A stretch of DNA of 43,503 bases from an uncultured bacterium (GCA_964548195.1 CAZJQC010000012.1:1-43503), one strand, 5' to 3'; shown: positions 17,776 to 27,199, counted from the stretch's first letter. Numbers and translations: made by a program. Notes: generated by a model not told the origin, from the letters alone.

Positions 17776-18144
17776 ATGAAAAATCTTGAAGAATTGAGAA
17801 AACTGCGCGAAAAAGCACAGAATGAGATCAAACTCCGTTCCCAGGACGCCAAGATCAAAGTGGTCGTGGGCATGGGGACATCCGGCATAGCGGCCGGAGC
17901 GAGGGAAGTCCTGAAGGCATTCATTAACGAGATAAACGAAAAAAATATCAAGGACTGTGTTGTCACCCAGACAGGTGAAAAGGGAATGAGTTCCATGGAA
18001 CCCATAGTCGAGATCCACGAAGAGGGAAAACCCGTTATATTGTACGGTGAAATGGATTCTTCCAAAGTAAAGAAAGTCGTGGCTGAACATATTATTAACG
18101 GTAAGGCCGTCAATGAATTCATGATCTCGATGGAGGAAAAGTAA
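17776..18144 (+). CDS. hndB: Thioredoxin-like HndB/HydD-type subunit lacking the usual Cys residues
   Basis: LEELRKLREK..VVVGMGTSGIAAGAREV..QTGEKGMSSMEPIVEI..EHIING matches the HndB pattern, with S/E/S where C is usual. Confidence 0.85.
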   Translation: MKNLEELRKLREKAQNEIKLRSQDAKIKVVVGMGTSGIAAGAREVLKAFINEINEKNIKDCVVTQTGEKGMSSMEPIVEIHEEGKPVILYGEMDSSKVKKVVAEHIINGKAVNEFMISMEEK

Positions 18145-18168
18145 GTAGTCAGTTAGGAGGGTGCTTTT

Positions 18169-19974
18169 ATGGCTCACAGGTTGAATGTGCTGGTGTGCAG
18201 CGGTGCATCATGCATTTCCAATAACAGCTTAAAGGTCAAAGAAGAGATGATCGCCGAAATCGGGAGACTCGGACTCACTGAGGAGATCAAGGTCATTGAG
18301 ACCGGTTGCATGGGTCCCTGTCAGCTTGGGCCTGTCATTCTTGTCTATCCCGATGAGATATTGTATAAGAAGGTGCAGGTCGAGGATGTCAGAGACATAG
18401 TCGAACAGCATTTTCTCAAGGGCCGTCCCGTTGAAAGGCTTCTGTACAAGTCGCCTTTGACCGAGATGCCTGTTAAAAAAAGCAGCGAAGTCGATTATTT
18501 TAAAAAGCAGGAAAAGATCGTATTAAAGAACTGCGGAAACATAGACCCTGAAAGCCTTGACGAATATATAGCGACGGGCGGATATGAGGCCCTGGGCAAG
18601 GCGCTTACGGAGATGGATCCCGACAAGGTGCTTGCCGAGATCAAAATATCAGGACTAAGGGGGCGCGGAGGCGGAGGTTTCCCCACCCATTTGAAATGGA
18701 TGTTTACAAAAAACACTGAGTCTGATGAAAAGTACGTCATATGCAATGCCGACGAGGGCGACCCCGGGGCATTCATGGACAGATCGGTTATAGAGGGAGA
18801 TCCTCACACATTGATAGAGGGCATGGCCATAGCGGGCTACGTCGTCGGCGCTTCCAGAGGATATGTCTACGTGAGGGCGGAGTATCCCCTTGCCATTGAA
18901 AGGCTTCATAAAGCCATAGGGCAGGCCAGAGAGTACGGCTTCCTCGGCGACAACATCTTTGAAAGCGGTTTTTCCTTTGACCTGGAGGTGAGGGTCGGCG
19001 CCGGAGCTTTTGTATGCGGCGAAGAGACGGCTCTTATACATTCCATCGAGGGCAAAAGGGGCAACCCCAGGCCCAGGCCTCCGTATCCGGCTCAGTCCGG
19101 CGTATGGGGCAAGCCTACGGTGCTGAACAATGTCGAGACATACGCCAATGTGCGTCACATAATAAACAACGGCGGCAGCTGGATGGCCGCTATCGGCACG
19201 GAATCAAGCAAGGGCACCAAGGTGTTCGCGCTTTCCGGGACCATCAAGAACACGGGTCTTGCGGAAGTGCCCATGGGAACTACCATAAGGGAACTTATAT
19301 ACGAGATCGGCGGCGGGGCTCCCGCAGGCCATGAGATCAAGGCTGTGCAGCTCGGCGGCCCTTCGGGAGGATGCGTCACCCCGGAGTATTTCGATACGCC
19401 CATTGATTATGAATCGCTCATAGAATTGGGCGCCATGATGGGCTCCGGCGGAGTCATCGCCATGGATGAGACCACATGTATGGTCAATACCGCGAAGTTC
19501 TTCCTGGATTTCACATGTTTCGAGTCATGCGGAAAATGCACGCCCTGCAGGGTCGGCCTGAAACAGATGTACAACATGCTTGACAGGATCACCAAAGGCG
19601 AGGGCGAAGACGGGGATATCGAAAAACTCGAAAAACTCGGCGGCGTCATAAAGCAGACCGCTTTATGCGGCCTGGGACAGACGGCCCCCAACCCGGTGTT
19701 GTCCACCATAAAATATTTCAGACATGAGTATGAAGAACACATCAGAGACGGAAAGTGCCGGGCTCTTGTCTGCAAGCCTCTTATACGCTATGAGATCGAT
19801 ACTGATAAATGCAAGGCGTGTACGCTTTGCGCGCAAAAATGTCCCGTTGATGCCATCAGAGGCGAACGGGGCGTAAAACACAGGATCGAACCCGATAAAT
19901 GCATCAATTGCGGCAACTGCTTCGATGTGTGCCCGTTCGGTGCCGTCGGAAAGATATCGGGCGACGACGAATAA
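18169..19974 (+). CDS. hndC: NuoF-like flavoprotein hydrogenase subunit (HydB/HndC), full-length bifurcating-type
   Basis: N-terminal CSGASC..CMGPC; GLRGRGGGGFP, ADEGDPGAFMDR, GGPSGG, ESCGKCTPCR; two C-terminal CxxCxxCxxxC motifs. Confidence 0.93.
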   Translation: MAHRLNVLVCSGASCISNNSLKVKEEMIAEIGRLGLTEEIKVIETGCMGPCQLGPVILVYPDEILYKKVQVEDVRDIVEQHFLKGRPVERLLYKSPLTEMPVKKSSEVDYFKKQEKIVLKNCGNIDPESLDEYIATGGYEALGKALTEMDPDKVLAEIKISGLRGRGGGGFPTHLKWMFTKNTESDEKYVICNADEGDPGAFMDRSVIEGDPHTLIEGMAIAGYVVGASRGYVYVRAEYPLAIERLHKAIGQAREYGFLGDNIFESGFSFDLEVRVGAGAFVCGEETALIHSIEGKRGNPRPRPPYPAQSGVWGKPTVLNNVETYANVRHIINNGGSWMAAIGTESSKGTKVFALSGTIKNTGLAEVPMGTTIRELIYEIGGGAPAGHEIKAVQLGGPSGGCVTPEYFDTPIDYESLIELGAMMGSGGVIAMDETTCMVNTAKFFLDFTCFESCGKCTPCRVGLKQMYNMLDRITKGEGEDGDIEKLEKLGGVIKQTALCGLGQTAPNPVLSTIKYFRHEYEEHIRDGKCRALVCKPLIRYEIDTDKCKACTLCAQKCPVDAIRGERGVKHRIEPDKCINCGNCFDVCPFGAVGKISGDDE

Positions 19975-19980
19975 ATAGCT

Positions 19981-20007
19981 TGACGCGGGAGCCGGCTTCC
20001 CGCGTCA
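19981..20007 (+). other. Intercistronic stem-loop without U-tract
   Basis: TGACGCGGGA-gccggct-TCCCGCGTCA, perfect 10-bp stem. Confidence 0.7.
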
Positions 20008-20032
20008 GATATATGTTGAAAGGGGAAACGGT

Positions 20033-20494
20033 ATGAAAAGAAAAGAGATAATGAAAAGGTATGAGGCCAAACCGGACAATCTGCTCTATATACTCCATGA
20101 CATACAGGATGAGAGTCCTTATAACTATGTCACGGAGGAGGATATGGAAGAGATCGCGGATTACGTCGGCCTGCCTTATTCAAAGGTCTACGGGACGGCG
20201 ACCTTCTACTCCATGATATCCCGCAAACCCAGGGGGAAACATGTGGTCAGATTGTGCGATTCTCCTCCCTGCCACCTGATGGGTTCCGAGAACATACTTG
20301 ATGTGTTGAGGGACCTGCTGGGAATAGAGGTCGGACAGACTTCTCCCGACATGTTATTCACTTTGGAAATCACTTCCTGTCTGGGCATATGCGGCGTGGC
20401 TCCGGCCATGATGATCGATGAGACCGTATACGGAAACCTGACCGCAAAGAAGATCAGGAAGATCATAGATGATTATAGGGGGGGGAATGTATGA
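20033..20494 (+). CDS. NuoE-like [2Fe-2S] subunit, copy 2
   Basis: LLYILHDIQ, GTATFYSM, CDSPPC..CLGICGVAP; ATGA overlap with the next gene. Confidence 0.9.
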   Translation: MKRKEIMKRYEAKPDNLLYILHDIQDESPYNYVTEEDMEEIADYVGLPYSKVYGTATFYSMISRKPRGKHVVRLCDSPPCHLMGSENILDVLRDLLGIEVGQTSPDMLFTLEITSCLGICGVAPAMMIDETVYGNLTAKKIRKIIDDYRGGNV

Positions 20495-22110
20495 AGATGA
20501 TCACAAAATATGTGCTGTTCAGTATCGAAGAAGATACGCTCATGGCGGGAGCCAGAAAGGTCAAGGCTCAGTTTGAAAAAGTGCTGAGCGAGGCCGGGCT
20601 TTCCGATGAGATCATGGTGGTCGAGACAGGCCCCATGGGGATAATGGGCAAGGGCGTGGTAATACTCGTGCAGCCCGATGACGTATACTATGTAAACGTG
20701 ACCATTGAGGACGCAAGGGAGATCGTGAATGAGCATCTTCTCAAGGGGCGCCCCGTAAAAAGGCTTCAGTTTTCCGGAAAATTGGATCAGAACCTGATCT
20801 CCTTCAGGGAGACCCCGCAGGACCTGAAAAACCAGCGCAGGATAGTACTGGCTAATTCGGGGCTTATCGATCCTGAAAATATAGACGAATACATAGCGGT
20901 AAACGGATATGAGGCTCTCGGCAAGGCTTTGACGGAACATAAACCCTCGGAAATAGTGGATATGGTAAAGGCCTCCGGACTTCGCGGACGCGGAGGAGCC
21001 GGGTTCCCGACGGGACTCAAATGGTCTTTTACAGCGCCGCTTGAAGACAAGCCCAAATACATAGTCTGCAACGCCGATGAGGGAGAGCCGGGAACATTCA
21101 AGGACAGGCTTATCATGGAAGGCGATCCTCATAAGCTCATAGAGGGCATGGCCATAGCCGCTTATGCTATAGGCGCCGAGATGGGCTATATCTATATCAG
21201 AGGCGAATACGGCCTGTCCATATCCAGGACACAGAAGGCCATAGAAGACGCGCGCGAATACGGATTGCTCGGCAAAGACATCTTCGGTTCGGGCTTTAAT
21301 TTTGACATAGAGATAAAAAAGGGCGCCGGTGCTTATGTGTGCGGCGAAGAGACGGCTTTGATCAACTCACTCGAAGGGGGACGGGGAAACCCCCGTGTCA
21401 AGCCCCCGTTTCCGGGCGTCAAGGGGCTGTGGCAGAAACCCACGGTCGTCAACAACGTGGAGACGCTGTCCAATATAACATCCATCATACTCAACGGGCC
21501 GGAATGGTATAAATCCATCGGCACTGAGAAATCTTCCGGCACCAAGGTCTACACCATACTGGGACATGTCAACAACCCCGGACTTGTGGAAGTGGAGATG
21601 GGCACGCCCCTGAGAGACATCATATATAAATACGCGGGCGGAGTGAAGGGCGGCAGGTTCAAATGCGCTCTCGTAGGCGGCGCCGCAGGCGCGTTTCTTG
21701 ATGAAGAGATGCTTGACGTGAAGATGGATTATGACAACCTTGGGGAATACAAGGCTGTACTCGGTTCCGGCGCGATACTTGTCATGAACGATTCAAGCTG
21801 CATAGTGGACATGCTGAGGAACATATTGTTTTTCTTCAAACATGAGTCATGCGGCAAATGCTCGCCGTGCCGCATAGGCACGACACAGCTTTATGCAATG
21901 GCGGACAGGATCTATCACGGCGAAGGGTCGCAGGAAGACTGGGAGAAGATGCTTTCCGTTTCCGAAGCGATGAGCACTACCGCTCTCTGTGCTTTGGGAC
22001 AGTCTCCCTATTTGGTTATTCATACTGCGGCTAAGTATTTTGAGGATGAAGTCCTCGAACATATCAGGCGTGGAGTCTGTATGTCCAATATATGTAAGAT
22101 GAATCGATAA
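20491..22110 (+). CDS. Second NuoF-like flavoprotein subunit, reduced Fe-S content (non-bifurcating-type signatures)
   Basis: GLRGRGGAGFP, ADEGEPGTFKDR, KVYTI, GGAAG, ESCGKCSPCR; N-terminal domain without Cys; no C-terminal 2x[4Fe-4S] domain. Confidence 0.9.
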   Translation: MKMITKYVLFSIEEDTLMAGARKVKAQFEKVLSEAGLSDEIMVVETGPMGIMGKGVVILVQPDDVYYVNVTIEDAREIVNEHLLKGRPVKRLQFSGKLDQNLISFRETPQDLKNQRRIVLANSGLIDPENIDEYIAVNGYEALGKALTEHKPSEIVDMVKASGLRGRGGAGFPTGLKWSFTAPLEDKPKYIVCNADEGEPGTFKDRLIMEGDPHKLIEGMAIAAYAIGAEMGYIYIRGEYGLSISRTQKAIEDAREYGLLGKDIFGSGFNFDIEIKKGAGAYVCGEETALINSLEGGRGNPRVKPPFPGVKGLWQKPTVVNNVETLSNITSIILNGPEWYKSIGTEKSSGTKVYTILGHVNNPGLVEVEMGTPLRDIIYKYAGGVKGGRFKCALVGGAAGAFLDEEMLDVKMDYDNLGEYKAVLGSGAILVMNDSSCIVDMLRNILFFFKHESCGKCSPCRIGTTQLYAMADRIYHGEGSQEDWEKMLSVSEAMSTTALCALGQSPYLVIHTAAKYFEDEVLEHIRRGVCMSNICKMNR

Positions 22111-22134
22111 GAAAGATATTAAGGAGGATATGGT

Positions 22135-23913
22135 ATGGCTGATATGGTCAAATTGTATATCGACGGATTGGAAGTGGAGGTGCCTGCCGGCACAACCATT
22201 CTGGATGCCGCCAAGGCTGCCGGGAAGAATATTCCCACACTTTGTTATCACGAGGATCTTCCTCCCACCGCCGCTTGCGGAGTCTGTGTAATAGAATATG
22301 AAGACAGGCCCGTTATGCAGCGCGCGTGCTGCACACCTGTGGCGCCCGGGATGAAAGTCGTCACTAATTCAAAAAAACTGCGCGAAAGAAGGAAATCGAT
22401 CATAGGGCTGGTGCTTTCAAACCATAACGTTGATTGCCCTTCATGTTCCGCCAATGAAAAATGCGAACTGCAGAAGCTTGCAAACGACCTCGGGGTCGAT
22501 ATGCATATGTATGAGAACATCCTGAACAAACAGCCTTCCGATGAGACAAGTGTCGCGATCATAAGAGATCCCGACAAATGTATACTCTGCGGAAGATGCG
22601 TCACGGTCTGCGATCAGATCCAGACTGTCAATGCGATAGAGATCGTCGACAGAGGCTTCGGAGCCCATGTCGACACAGCATTCTCCGCGGGCATGGGCGT
22701 CAGCCCCTGCGTGAACTGCGGCCAGTGCATAGTCTATTGCCCCACAGGCGCGCTCAAGGAGAAAAGCCATATCGATATGGTATGGGACGCGCTGCTTGAC
22801 CCTGAAAAACACGTTGTCGTGCAGGAGGCTCCCGCCATAAGGGCTTCGCTCGGCGAAGAGTTCGGCATGGAGATGGGAGAAGTCACAGTCGGCAAGATGT
22901 ACGCCGCGCTTAAGAGAATCGGCTTTGACGCGATATTTGATACGAATTTCTCGGCTGACCTCACGATCATGGAAGAGGGCACCGAACTTGTAAACAGGAT
23001 AAAAGAGGGCGGAAAACTTCCCCTGCTTACTTCCTGTTCACCCGGCTGGGTCAAGTTCCTGGAAACGTTTTTCCCTGAGTTCGGGGAGAACATCTCCACG
23101 GCCAAATCGCCGCAGCAGATGATGGGCGCGCTGACCAAGACATATTACGCCGAAAAAGCGGGCATCGACCCGGCAAAGATAGTATCCGTGTCCATCATGC
23201 CCTGTACGGCTAAAAAGTTCGAGTCACAGCGTCCCGAGATGAACGATTCCGGTTACCGCGACGTGGACTATGTGCTGACGACACGCGAGTTTGTACGCAT
23301 GATAAGGGAAGCCGGGCTTGATTTCAAAAACCTGCCCGAGGAAGAACCCTATCACGCTTTGGCCGACTATACCGGAGCCGCCACGATATTCGGCGCCACC
23401 GGAGGCGTCATGGAAGCCGCGATACGAAGCGCGTATTATCTGATCACGGGAAAAGACCTCACTAATGTGGATATAGCTCCCGTGAGAGGCATGGAAGGCG
23501 TCAAGGAGGCTGAGGTCGACATAGAGGGACTGAAGCTGAAAGTCGCAGTGGCTCACGGACTGGGAAACGCCAGGGCTCTGCTGAACAAAGTGAAAAAACA
23601 GATAGAAGAGACCGGCAAAAGCGAGTACGGTTTCATAGAGATCATGGCCTGCCCCGGCGGATGCGTCGGCGGCGGCGGACAGCCTTACGGCAGTTCGATC
23701 GCAAAAAGAGCGAGAAGAGGACAGGGGCTTTATGCGGAAGATCACGGCCTTGCCAAAAGATGTTCGCATCATAATGAGGCAATACTGAAATGCTACAAGG
23801 ATTTCCTCGGCGAACCCGCCTCTAAAAAGGCTCATAAACTCCTGCACACCAATTATTTCGGAAGAAGCAAAGTCTCCGGAGAAGCGGTGGACGAGCTGAC
23901 ACATAAACACTGA
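22135..23913 (+). CDS. hydA: Group A [FeFe]-hydrogenase catalytic subunit (HydA/HndD)
   Basis: N-terminal [2Fe-2S], HxxxCxxC and 2x[4Fe-4S] motifs; H-cluster motifs TSCSPGW, MPCTAKKFE, EIMACPGGCVGGGGQP. Confidence 0.95.
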   Translation: MADMVKLYIDGLEVEVPAGTTILDAAKAAGKNIPTLCYHEDLPPTAACGVCVIEYEDRPVMQRACCTPVAPGMKVVTNSKKLRERRKSIIGLVLSNHNVDCPSCSANEKCELQKLANDLGVDMHMYENILNKQPSDETSVAIIRDPDKCILCGRCVTVCDQIQTVNAIEIVDRGFGAHVDTAFSAGMGVSPCVNCGQCIVYCPTGALKEKSHIDMVWDALLDPEKHVVVQEAPAIRASLGEEFGMEMGEVTVGKMYAALKRIGFDAIFDTNFSADLTIMEEGTELVNRIKEGGKLPLLTSCSPGWVKFLETFFPEFGENISTAKSPQQMMGALTKTYYAEKAGIDPAKIVSVSIMPCTAKKFESQRPEMNDSGYRDVDYVLTTREFVRMIREAGLDFKNLPEEEPYHALADYTGAATIFGATGGVMEAAIRSAYYLITGKDLTNVDIAPVRGMEGVKEAEVDIEGLKLKVAVAHGLGNARALLNKVKKQIEETGKSEYGFIEIMACPGGCVGGGGQPYGSSIAKRARRGQGLYAEDHGLAKRCSHHNEAILKCYKDFLGEPASKKAHKLLHTNYFGRSKVSGEAVDELTHKH

Positions 23914-23930
23914 CATCATAAGCGGATAAT

Positions 23931-23969
23931 AAAAAAGGCGGACTGTCGTTGACAGGCCGCCTTTTTTTT
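23931..23969. terminator. Bidirectional rho-independent terminator
   Basis: A6-GGCGG.CTGTC-gtt-GACAG.CCGCC-T8 between convergent units. Confidence 0.88.
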
Positions 23970-23987
23970 ATAGTAAACGCTGAAAGA

Positions 23988-24302
23988 TCAGGATGAGAAG
24001 GATTCCAGATGCTCGGATATGGCAAAGAGGGCGTCATCCCATGTGGAATCGGCCTCCGGATCCGCTTCAAGTATATAGCCGAACCTGCTGCTGCCGGGAA
24101 TGATCCCCCGGATCCCCGCGCTCATGATCACACCTTCTCCGGCCATATGAGACCATCTTTTTCCCATGAGCTCGCAGAACCAGATCTTCACTCCCAGTTC
24201 CCCGCGCAGGGCTGATGCGGCCCGGTCGAGGTATTCGGCCATATTGGCGCTTGAATCCCGGAAAGACTCCAGTTTCTTAAAGATAGAGGTCCCGTTCCCC
24301 AC
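23988..24302 (-). CDS. Small hypothetical protein coupled to hydG
   Basis: ORF fills the gap between hydG and the terminator; candidate GTG at 24302 after AAAGGA; start uncertain (alternatives 24329, 24317, 24242). Confidence 0.55.
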   Translation of the reverse strand: MGNGTSIFKKLESFRDSSANMAEYLDRAASALRGELGVKIWFCELMGKRWSHMAGEGVIMSAGIRGIIPGSSRFGYILEADPEADSTWDDALFAISEHLESFSS

Positions 24303-25779
24303 CGGATATCCTTTCATAGTATTCGTCAAATTCCTTGAGAAGCCTGTTGTCCTTGAAAAACGGGTCCTTTCTGATCTCGTCCAGCTCCTGCTTAATAAGT
24401 CTTTCGCCTATCTCGCGGGTCTCCGGGGAGGAAAAGTCGTCCAGCCATTCCCTGAATGTTAGGACGGCGTTCAGTTTGCAGAACTTACCCTCGGTGCCGC
24501 ATTTCAACAGCCCCATGATCTTGTCGCCGGTCCTGCCGCAGCGGTATCCCGCGGTGCAGAAGGAGGTTATCATCCCCATTTCGGCAAGTTCGCGCACCAC
24601 CACGTCAAGGTCCCTGGTGTCCCCGAGTTCAAACTGCTGTCTGTCCTTTTCCTGCTCGCTGTACTGCTCCGAATACGCGCCCAGTCCTATTCTTGTGGAG
24701 GCGTCGGTCTGTGTGCAGCCCAGACGAGCGATGACGTCCTTTCTGATCTCCGGCTTTTCCCTGGCCGTGATGATCATGCCCGTGTAGGGCACCGAAAGCC
24801 GTATGACTGTGACCAGTTTTTTGAAATCTTCATCCGATACAGTGTAATCATTGTCAGCCGCAAGCGGGGCGTTGTCCGCCGGCGTGAGGCGGGGAAATGA
24901 TATGGTATGCGGCCCGATGCCGTCAAAACGGTTCTCAAGGTCTATGGCATGGTAAAGGAGTCCCATTACCTCGAAACGCCAGTCATAAAGTCCGAAGAGG
25001 GCGCCTATGGCCACATCGTCTATGCCCGCGTCCATTGCTCTGTGAAGCGCGTAAAGCCTCCACCTGTAATCCGATTTCGGGCCTGAAGGATGTATTCTCT
25101 CATAGGTCTTCCTGTGATAGGTCTCCTGGAAGACCTGATATGTGCCTATGCCCACTTCCCACAGTTTTTTCAGGTCTTCGGTAGACATCGGAGCGGCGTT
25201 TATGTTTACACGGCGTATGGCGCCTTCGCCTTTGCGAGTCTTCATCTTTACGTCATATATTGTCCTGATGGTGTCGGCCATATAGTCGGCATCGGATTCC
25301 GGGTGTTCCCCGTATACCACGATGATACGCTTCTGTCCCATCTGTATCAGGCTTTCCGTTTCCCTGCGCACCTCGTCCATGTTGAGTATGCGGCGCTTTT
25401 CATGGGTGTTGTCTTTTCTGAATCCGCAGTACAGACAGTTGTTGACGCAAAGGTTGCTGAGATAAAGAGGCGCGAATATCACGATGCGGTTGTCGTATAC
25501 CATGTGTTTTATCTTATACGCGGCCTCCTGCATCTCCTTCAGCAGTTCCTCGTCATCTACATTCAGGAGGGCGGCCGTCTCATCCGGATCAAGACGCTGT
25601 ATGGAGAGTGATTTTTTTATTATCGCCCGTATACGCTCTTTGCCGGGATTAGCATTGGCCTTAAGCTGCGATTCTATCAGGTCCTCGTCGATGAAATCCC
25701 TGCCGTCCGCAAGATATTTGTCTATCTGATCCTGTCTTATTACATTGTCAGCCCATTCCTTAACATTTTTTCGGCTCAT
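24277..25779 (-). CDS. hydG: [FeFe]-hydrogenase H-cluster radical SAM maturase HydG
   Basis: IVIFAPLY.SNLCVNNCLYCGF, RRVNINAAP, GTYQVFQETY, GPHTISFPR and C-terminal CX5CX19C; AGGAGG RBS. Confidence 0.95.
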   Translation of the reverse strand: MSRKNVKEWADNVIRQDQIDKYLADGRDFIDEDLIESQLKANANPGKERIRAIIKKSLSIQRLDPDETAALLNVDDEELLKEMQEAAYKIKHMVYDNRIVIFAPLYLSNLCVNNCLYCGFRKDNTHEKRRILNMDEVRRETESLIQMGQKRIIVVYGEHPESDADYMADTIRTIYDVKMKTRKGEGAIRRVNINAAPMSTEDLKKLWEVGIGTYQVFQETYHRKTYERIHPSGPKSDYRWRLYALHRAMDAGIDDVAIGALFGLYDWRFEVMGLLYHAIDLENRFDGIGPHTISFPRLTPADNAPLAADNDYTVSDEDFKKLVTVIRLSVPYTGMIITAREKPEIRKDVIARLGCTQTDASTRIGLGAYSEQYSEQEKDRQQFELGDTRDLDVVVRELAEMGMITSFCTAGYRCGRTGDKIMGLLKCGTEGKFCKLNAVLTFREWLDDFSSPETREIGERLIKQELDEIRKDPFFKDNRLLKEFDEYYERISGGERDLYL

Positions 25780-25824
25780 ACGATCCTCCTTGGCTTTATT
25801 GTAAGCAATATACTTTCAAAACAA

Positions 25825-25885
25825 ATTTTATTACTAATGTCGGATTTGTCAATATGAAAAGGATATAATGTGAAAAAAATCTCAA
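25825..25885 (-). promoter_or_regulatory. Putative hydG promoter and Rex-like operator
   Basis: Minus strand TTGACA (25852-25847)-N16-TAAAAT (25830-25825); ATGTGAA-AAAA-ATCTCAA at 25868-25885. Confidence 0.6.
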
Positions 25886-25977
25886 ATAGATATTGCAATA
25901 ATAGCATTGACATTTTCTGCGTTTATGGTAATTATTGGACTGCCGGAAAAAGGTACAAATACAAACAGGGAGGTAAA

Positions 25978-27159
25978 ATGAAAAAAGACATGTATGACTT
26001 TCCTTTACATGACTATATTTCGGATGAACGTTTTGAGGCACTCAAGAAATTTTCGGAAGGAAAGGCGACCCCGTTTCTTCTGATAGACCTGAACATAATA
26101 AAAAAGAAATTTGTAGAATTGAAAAAAAATCTTCCTTTCGCGAAGATCCATTACGCGGTAAAGGCGAACCCCGAAGAAGAAGTGCTGAAGATGCTCCATT
26201 CGCTCGGCTCCAATTTTGACGTGGCCTCGGTGTATGAACTTGACCAGCTGCTTGCAATAGGCGTGGACCCTGCAAAGATATTGTACGGCAACACCATAAA
26301 AAAGAGCAGGGATGTCGCTTATGCCTACGAAAAAGGGGTGCGGCTTTTTGCGACGGACAGCGAATATGACCTGAACTCGATAGCGCAAAACGCGCCCGGC
26401 TCAAAGGTCTATTTCAGAATACTCTCTGACGGCAGCGGAGCCGACTGGCCGCTTTCGAGAAAATTCGGCGCGCATCCCGACATATTGTTTTCCCTTATAA
26501 AGAAAAGCAAAAGCCTGGATGTGATACCATACGGCCTTTCCTTTCACGTTGGCTCTCAGCAGAGGGATATCGGACAATGGGATAATGCCATCAGCCAGTG
26601 TTATTACCTTTTTCAATCGGTGCGGGACATAGGCGTGGAACTGAAGATGATAGACATCGGCGGAGGCTTTCCCGCCCATTACACCACACCGACCACGGAG
26701 ACCGGCAGATACGCCACCGAAATAGTCAGGTTTCTTAAGGAAGACTTCGGCGACAACATGCCCGAGATCATAGTGGAGCCGGGCAGGTCTCTTGCCGGTG
26801 ATTCGGGCATCATAGTCTCTGAAGTTGTGCTGGTGGAAAAAAAGGCCAAATACAACCCCTATAAATGGATGTATCTTGATATCGGCAAATTCAGCGGCCT
26901 TATAGAAACGCTGGATGAGTCCATCAAATATCCCATGTACATAGAAAAAAACGGGAAAAGCGAAAAGTACATAGTCGCGGGGCCCACATGCGACAGCGTG
27001 GACATATTGTATGAAAAGACCAAGATGAATTTCCCGGCCACCGCCGAACCCGGTGACCGTGTCTATATTTTTACCACGGGCGCGTACACAAAAAGCTATA
27101 GCTCGATGGCCTTTAACGGTTTTCCGCCGCTGAAGTCTTACGTGCTGCCGCTGGACTGA
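25978..27159 (+). CDS. Fold-type III PLP-dependent ornithine (or lysine/ornithine) decarboxylase
   Basis: HYAVKAN, FDVAS..E, SRKFG, FHVGSQ, DIGGGF, EPGR, GPTCDS and GAYT motifs; GGGAGG RBS before ATG 25978. Confidence 0.92.
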   Translation: MKKDMYDFPLHDYISDERFEALKKFSEGKATPFLLIDLNIIKKKFVELKKNLPFAKIHYAVKANPEEEVLKMLHSLGSNFDVASVYELDQLLAIGVDPAKILYGNTIKKSRDVAYAYEKGVRLFATDSEYDLNSIAQNAPGSKVYFRILSDGSGADWPLSRKFGAHPDILFSLIKKSKSLDVIPYGLSFHVGSQQRDIGQWDNAISQCYYLFQSVRDIGVELKMIDIGGGFPAHYTTPTTETGRYATEIVRFLKEDFGDNMPEIIVEPGRSLAGDSGIIVSEVVLVEKKAKYNPYKWMYLDIGKFSGLIETLDESIKYPMYIEKNGKSEKYIVAGPTCDSVDILYEKTKMNFPATAEPGDRVYIFTTGAYTKSYSSMAFNGFPPLKSYVLPLD

Positions 27160-27175
27160 GAAAACATCACGACAT

Positions 27176-27199
27176 CCGCGGGGGGTATTTCCCCCGCGG
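27176..27199 (+). terminator. GC-rich hairpin after decarboxylase gene (possible terminator)
   Basis: CCGCGGGGG..CCCCCGCGG stem; no immediate U-tract. Confidence 0.5.

Noticed and set aside
25870..25977. Longer start for the decarboxylase
   Set aside because: It runs through AT-rich promoter DNA; the RBS supports ATG 25978.
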